Sequence record: OQ312034.1
Source: a phage
Length of the DNA: 329 nt
Strand: one strand, 5' to 3'
Part shown: positions 1 to 329 of the stretch, one piece after another
Numbering within the stretch: position 1 is the first letter of the stretch
Layout of the letters: each line of letters starts with the position of its first letter
Notes under the pieces: model-generated
The model's database searches: none
The model's input: the letters and a program-made list of their open reading frames with translations, nothing else
Told to the model about the DNA's origin: nothing
Translations under genes and position numbers: made by a program

Positions 1-329
<329 letters not shown>

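Overview
The whole 329-bp window is an internal fragment of a single + strand gene encoding a class C (AmpC-type) serine beta-lactamase. Reading from position 2, the frame is open for 109 codons with no stop, and it runs off both ends of the window. Its translation ([109 protein letters not shown]) contains the class C conserved block [16 protein letters not shown] and the catalytic Tyr-Ala-Asn (YXN) motif within [14 protein letters not shown]. The high GC content and divergence from E. coli and Enterobacter AmpC suggest a chromosomal ampC of a GC-rich enterobacterium, possibly Serratia-like, but this is from memory and is unverified. No gene start, stop, promoter, terminator, RNA gene, mobile element or CRISPR is visible. 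Both ORFs in the supplied track are out-of-frame or antisense shadows of this gene. I see no evidence of a novel system in this window; it is an ordinary piece of a well-characterised resistance enzyme gene.
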